From a virus (lineage: Duplodnaviria > Caudoviricetes): a stretch of 29,799 nucleotides of DNA. The position numbers were made by a program, and so were the translations under genes. Shown here piece by piece: positions 25,696-29,799 of this stretch. Position 1 is the first letter of the stretch, and every line of letters starts with the position of its first letter. The DNA lies in the IMG/VR virus record IMGVR_UViG_3300036778_000133, positions 1-29,799 of that record, one strand, 5' to 3'. The notes beneath the pieces were generated by a model. It searched no databases. It saw only the letters and a program-made list of their open reading frames with translations, and had not been told where the DNA came from.

Positions 25696-26335
25696 GTCGT
25701 GACTTCCTTTCCTTGCATGTAATAACTCTGCGGATCGCGCCCTTCAGGCGGATCACTTCCTTCAACTCTTCGGGCAGCCGGTGGATGGTGTTGCGCCGCG
25801 CAAGCTCCCGCCGCGTGATCAGCTCCAGATTGCCGAGATCGATGTGCGTGCGGTCCTTGTCCTTAAACGCCAATATCTGGCCAGCTGGGATCGGTCCGTG
25901 CACCTTCTCCCAGATCAGCCGATGCTCAGGCTGCCAGTCACGCGGCGGGTATCCCGTGTCCGTCACCTTGCGCTGCAAATAGCCATCGCAGGTGCGCAGT
26001 GAACCGATGGGCTGCCAAGTGCGCGGCCGCTGCCCTTTCTTGAACTGCGTCTCGCGCATGCGCCCCGGTGCATAACCAGGCCTGCGCGTCCCTTTGTTCG
26101 GTGGTATCTGGCCTTTCTTAAACCAGTGGGCTTCGCTGCCCGCGCGGCGGCCGGGCTTCCAGCGGCACGACTCCGTGATCGCCTCCGCGTGCTTGCTCAG
26201 GCCCATCTTCTGCGCCTGCTGATAGATCGTGCGCACGGACCGCCCTAGGTCCTCGGCAATATCCGGCGTAGGAATCCATGGGTAGAACTCGCGCAGCACC
26301 TTGCGCTCCGCTCGCGTCCATGGCCGCCGGTTCAC
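25634..26335 (-). CDS. HNH endonuclease (HNH_3 type) with an N-terminal HTH
   Basis: Preferred start GTG 26335 (GTGA overlap); FKKG..P.NKG, HRLIWE..HGPIP and NLELITR motifs. Confidence 0.88.
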   Translation of the reverse strand: MNRRPWTRAERKVLREFYPWIPTPDIAEDLGRSVRTIYQQAQKMGLSKHAEAITESCRWKPGRRAGSEAHWFKKGQIPPNKGTRRPGYAPGRMRETQFKKGQRPRTWQPIGSLRTCDGYLQRKVTDTGYPPRDWQPEHRLIWEKVHGPIPAGQILAFKDKDRTHIDLGNLELITRRELARRNTIHRLPEELKEVIRLKGAIRRVITCKERKSRRGEKQVVGSTEPSLRDARSA

Positions 26336-26529
26336 GACTTCCCCTCCGGCACATCCAGCCGTTCCAGCGCGCCCAGGATGGCGGGCGCAGCCTCCTGCCG
26401 CTCGCGTACCGGCACCCTCCGGCCACGCTGCAGAAAGCCTTCCACCACGCGCTTGCACGCTTCCACACCGTCGCGCCAGCCCTCGGCATAGGTGACCTTG
26501 CCACGTGGAACACTGCGCCGCGCGGTCAT
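26332..26529 (-). CDS. Hypothetical protein
   Basis: Coupled by 4-bp overlaps at both ends. Confidence 0.65.
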   Translation of the reverse strand: MTARRSVPRGKVTYAEGWRDGVEACKRVVEGFLQRGRRVPVRERQEAAPAILGALERLDVPEGKS

Positions 26530-27596
26530 ATCTGCAACACGAAAATGGTGTTGCCATCTTGCTTCTGCCGCATCTTCAGGCCGCGCTTCCGCCCGATGCG
26601 CACCAGGGCGAGCATGTAGGTGTTCGCGATGTCGCGGTTGTCATACGTCTTGGTCAGCACGGTGCGTTTCGGCAGCTTCATGAACTCCTCCACGATGTAG
26701 TCGTAGACGCCCATGTACTTCCGCCCCGGCACCTCGGCCAGCGACAAAACGCTGTAGCCCTCTGCCGCGCACTTCTCTGAAAGCGCCGCCTGCACCTGTG
26801 CAACTTCTGCAGGTTTCGCCGGCTGCACCTTCTCCTCGGCCTTGTTCAACTTCACGGCAACGTTCTGCGGTTTCGCCGGTCCCTGTCTCGGTGCCACCTC
26901 CATCCACGTGACTACGCCATTGAGACTCACAGGTGAGCCATCCGTATAAGCCAGCGCACCGGCCCCCTCTGCCACCGTCTCCGTTACCTTCACAGCATCC
27001 GAAGAACACACTTTGCAGGTCAGCGGGTCGTACCCGTGAACGCAAGCTTCCCGCACTCCCATCGGAACCGCCTTCCGCGCCGTCCCGTTGCAGTTCCCGC
27101 GGTGGCGCGGCTTGCCGCATCCCCGCACGCACAGGCACGGCCCGGTGTGCACCGCCTGCTTGCATTGGTTGCAGACTTGACGCCCAAACGCCCGCCGCGG
27201 CGGCATCGCCGGACTGGGCATGGCACCGGCCGCGAGCGCGGGTTGCACAGCGGCGGGGGGATTGCCCGCGCTTTTAAGCTCACGGTACCGTTCGGACGTA
27301 GCCAGCGGCCCAGGTATTGCCGCCGCGGCCGCTATAGACTCGTGCGCCTTAATCGCTACCGTCGCCTGCTTCGCACCCGGCAGATGGTTGTCCTGGCCGC
27401 CCCGCGTGCGCGCCACCTTCGGACACGCCACACCATCCAGGCAGCAGTAGCAGACCGCCTGGCCGTTCTCTATCTCCTGCGCGGCGCAGTAATGTCCCTT
27501 CGCGGCACATGGAGCGCATCGCGTCCCCTCCGCCACTTCCGCACGTAACGGCACGCTCGCCTGCGGCGGTGCCCACTGTTTCTCTGGTCCACTCAT
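26526..27596 (-). CDS. Hypothetical protein with several Cys/His clusters
   Basis: 356 aa; ATGA overlaps at both ends. Confidence 0.75.
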   Translation of the reverse strand: MSGPEKQWAPPQASVPLRAEVAEGTRCAPCAAKGHYCAAQEIENGQAVCYCCLDGVACPKVARTRGGQDNHLPGAKQATVAIKAHESIAAAAAIPGPLATSERYRELKSAGNPPAAVQPALAAGAMPSPAMPPRRAFGRQVCNQCKQAVHTGPCLCVRGCGKPRHRGNCNGTARKAVPMGVREACVHGYDPLTCKVCSSDAVKVTETVAEGAGALAYTDGSPVSLNGVVTWMEVAPRQGPAKPQNVAVKLNKAEEKVQPAKPAEVAQVQAALSEKCAAEGYSVLSLAEVPGRKYMGVYDYIVEEFMKLPKRTVLTKTYDNRDIANTYMLALVRIGRKRGLKMRQKQDGNTIFVLQI

Positions 27597-27757
27597 ACCT
27601 TCGTCCTCCGCAAAGCATTCCTGCTGGTGATGGCCCGATGCCCGTCTTCGAACTCCACCAGGCAGCTATTCATCGTTCTTGCGCGGACGACGACGCGACA
27701 GAGCTGCCCCTTGCGCCCCATCCGATTCCAGAAGTAGACGTATGGCCATACCGTCAT
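27593..27757 (-). CDS. Small basic beta-rich protein
   Basis: ATG 27757 in an ATGA overlap: MTVWPYVYFW...RKGQLCRV...NSCLVEFEDG...TSRNALR. Confidence 0.75.
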   Translation of the reverse strand: MTVWPYVYFWNRMGRKGQLCRVVVRARTMNSCLVEFEDGHRAITSRNALRRTKV

Positions 27758-27978
27758 CCCTTCGTCCTCCCCCGCAACATCGCATCCTGCAACGCCGGCA
27801 GCACCTCGCGCACCGCGCCCACCACATCCTGCGGCAGCAGCGCCGTGTCCGCGCTCCATGCCCAATCGTCCCGGCGGATCACCAGCACCACCATCGCCCC
27901 ACTCCCCGCGCGGATCCACTTCGCCGCCCCTTCCAGCGAGTGCGTGCTGGTCAGATCCCACTTCTTCTTGTCCGCCAT
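27754..27978 (-). CDS. Hypothetical protein
   Basis: GGAG RBS; coupled to the next gene. Confidence 0.7.
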   Translation of the reverse strand: MADKKKWDLTSTHSLEGAAKWIRAGSGAMVVLVIRRDDWAWSADTALLPQDVVGAVREVLPALQDAMLRGRTKG

Positions 27979-28133
27979 CGCTGCTCCACTTCCTCCAGCC
28001 CTTCCAGCTGCGCCACGTGGACCAGCTCCATCGCCTCTGCCTGGTCCCGCGCTTCGTCGTCCGTCATGTCGTCATGAAACTGCGCCAGCAGATGACTCCA
28101 CGTGCGCGCAAGCAGATCGATCGCCCAATTCAT
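27951..28133 (-). CDS. Hypothetical acidic protein
   Basis: Fills the operon gap; purine-rich upstream sequence. Confidence 0.5.
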   Translation of the reverse strand: MNWAIDLLARTWSHLLAQFHDDMTDDEARDQAEAMELVHVAQLEGLEEVEQRWRTRRSGI

Positions 28134-28146
28134 TCCTTCTCATCCA

Positions 28147-28497
28147 TCAGGAGGCCTTGCGCCCCAACAAAATCCTGATGTGGTCGGCCCTCGAACTTGC
28201 CTCCTGCTCGTCCTCTTCGGCCTCCTTGAGCATCGCCCTGCAACACGCTCCGGCAGCTTGGCATCGCACGCATACGTTGCACATGTCGCAGTCTTCGCAA
28301 TCCCCAATGTCGTCGCCGAAGAATCGCTTTTCACATTGAGAACACTTCGTCCCGTATTCCTGCCGCTCCGCTTCGCGCGCTCCCAGCTCCTTCACGAGAA
28401 ACGAGTGACGGGGACACATCCCGTCTGGGCCAGCCTTCAGTCGACAAAACCCGCCAGCCATCGCACAGGCATCATTGGCAAAACCCCAACGGGCCAT
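28147..28497 (-). CDS. Cys-rich hypothetical protein
   Basis: CSQC, CEDC and CNVCVRC motifs; the start is uncertain. Confidence 0.6.
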   Translation of the reverse strand: MARWGFANDACAMAGGFCRLKAGPDGMCPRHSFLVKELGAREAERQEYGTKCSQCEKRFFGDDIGDCEDCDMCNVCVRCQAAGACCRAMLKEAEEDEQEASSRADHIRILLGRKAS

Positions 28498-28590
28498 CTA
28501 CGTTCCCCACAAATGGGCACTTTCGCCCTTGTCAAGCCCTACCCCTAGCGGTGGCTTTTGCACCGCGCGCCGCCACAGTATGCTGCGCGC

Positions 28591-29049
28591 ATGGCGTCCT
28601 ACCCACGCAGAGAAAAGGCCGAAGCCGCGGAACGTGCCCGCGCGGCGCGGCTGCCGGCACTCGACTGCCAGGCCTGCGGCGCCCTCACGCCGGGCACGCG
28701 CTTTGTCTATCGCGGCGACTGGCTGGTCTGTGAAGCGTGCGAAGAGCGCAACCCACCGAGCCGCCGTCTCCTGGTGGCCCCCGAACGTCTCCTGCCGCGC
28801 GACATCAAGCTTAACTTCCTGCTGCGCGACGGCATCCACATCCAGGCCATGGCGCTGGACTGCCGCACCATGCTCGGCCCCTACGTGCGGGTCGCCACCC
28901 TGGACACGGTGCGCCGCCTGCTCACCTACCTCGGCGCGACGGAAGCGCAGCTCGCCGACTTCGACCGGAGCTACCGCAACTGGGGCCAGGGCACCACGCG
29001 GATCACGCTGCAGCCCTGCCGCAAAAACCTGCTGCGCCTGCGCGGATGA
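28591..29049 (+). CDS. Hypothetical Zn-ribbon protein on the opposite strand
   Basis: Strong GC3 bias on +; CQAC...CEAC; TATGCT lies 6 nt before ATG 28591, suggesting a leaderless mRNA. Confidence 0.8.
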   Translation: MASYPRREKAEAAERARAARLPALDCQACGALTPGTRFVYRGDWLVCEACEERNPPSRRLLVAPERLLPRDIKLNFLLRDGIHIQAMALDCRTMLGPYVRVATLDTVRRLLTYLGATEAQLADFDRSYRNWGQGTTRITLQPCRKNLLRLRG

Positions 29050-29070
29050 CAGATTATTCCTCGTGGTAGC

Positions 29071-29799
29071 ATGGCGAGCGCAATGAACAACCGAGATAAG
29101 CGTCAACCGCCAGGCGGCCACAGCAACCACAAAGGCGACGAGAACGATTTGCGGCGCTACGTGTATCTCGAGCACGGACAGATTGATTTTGTCGAGAGCG
29201 TCAAGAAGAGTCAGGAAGACGAGCGCCAAGACAATATCGACATGCACAGGGAGAACAAGAGAATTGCTCTCTGGCAGCTTGGGCTCGCCATCCTCACCAC
29301 GGTTCTTCTGTTCGCGACTGGATACTTCGCCTATAAACAAGCCGAGTCGGGGCAACAGTCCGCCGACGCAGCTACGAAAGCGGCAAAGATAGCAAAAGAC
29401 ACTTTGGATCAGTCGAATCGAGCATGGCTCCAACCGGAACTCGCAGGTACCCCTTATGTAGAAGGCAACCCATGGAAGAATCGCGAAGCCTTCGCTAAAA
29501 CAAATGAGATTGCCGTCGACATCACTGTTACCAATATCGGACGGACACCGGTCTCCAATATCCATGCGGATAGCATTATCGAGGTGCTGAATCGCGACGC
29601 CGCCAGCACGTTTTCGTATCCCCACCCGCATAACACTTCTGACGCGAACATCCTTTATCCGAACAAAAACCTGTCGATAGAAGCGGTTTGGTATGGCGCC
29701 TTCGCGGGCCCGATGAGCCGGACGAGTGATCCTTCGCCAGTGAGTGCACAGGTCCGGAATGCACTGTCTGCCGGAGCCAAATACGTGATCATTTATGGA
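29071..29799 (+). CDS. Single-pass membrane protein (moron-like), truncated at the window edge
   Basis: Missing from the ORF track. Open frame from ATG 29071 or 29083 to the edge: TM IALWQLGLAILTTVLLFATGYFAY, then SADAA..AA, RAWL, NIGRTP and YVIIYG; lower GC. Confidence 0.85.
   Translation, partial: MASAMNNRDKRQPPGGHSNHKGDENDLRRYVYLEHGQIDFVESVKKSQEDERQDNIDMHRENKRIALWQLGLAILTTVLLFATGYFAYKQAESGQQSADAATKAAKIAKDTLDQSNRAWLQPELAGTPYVEGNPWKNREAFAKTNEIAVDITVTNIGRTPVSNIHADSIIEVLNRDAASTFSYPHPHNTSDANILYPNKNLSIEAVWYGAFAGPMSRTSDPSPVSAQVRNALSAGAKYVIIYG

Larger units (their letters stand above)
1..29799. mobile_element. HK97/lambda-like siphovirus prophage segment (early genes to tail tip; neither end is in the window)
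   Basis: Contiguous minus-strand terminase, portal, protease, capsid, neck and tail module, preceded by lysis and replication genes. Confidence 0.97.

Noticed and set aside
28498-29631. 377-aa minus-strand ORF ending in TAG|ATG at the next gene
   Set aside because: It is antisense to two better-supported plus-strand genes; at most its 3' end is a remnant of an interrupted gene

Overview
The whole window is part of a temperate siphovirus (prophage or phage contig) with an HK97/lambda-like layout and high GC. Almost all genes are on the minus strand. Read in transcription order (right to left): early genes (small Cys-rich proteins, an HNH gene and its partner, an HTH replication initiator with an internal iteron/AT-rich origin, a degenerate receiver-domain protein, a Fis-family HTH), a structured late leader, an atypical lysis cassette (GH73 endolysin plus membrane proteins), then HNH, candidate cos, TerS, TerL, portal, ClpP-type protease, HK97 capsid, neck, tail tube, tail chaperones, tape measure, Dit, hub, NlpC/P60-like protein and a J-like tail tip that runs off the left edge. 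Two plus-strand genes sit at the right edge. The receiver-like gene suggests an Acidobacteriota host, but this is an unverified inference. No CRISPR array, tRNA, rRNA, integrase or IS was seen, and I found no clear multi-gene novel system. The best leads are a repeat-flanked gene inserted with a duplicated RBS-masking hairpin, internal domain insertions in four virion proteins, a non-phosphorylatable receiver mimic, a Fis-like gene in the lambda Q position with a leader terminator, a structured intergenic RNA candidate, and many in-frame TAG|ATG junctions. All family calls come from motif recognition and gene order, not database searches.
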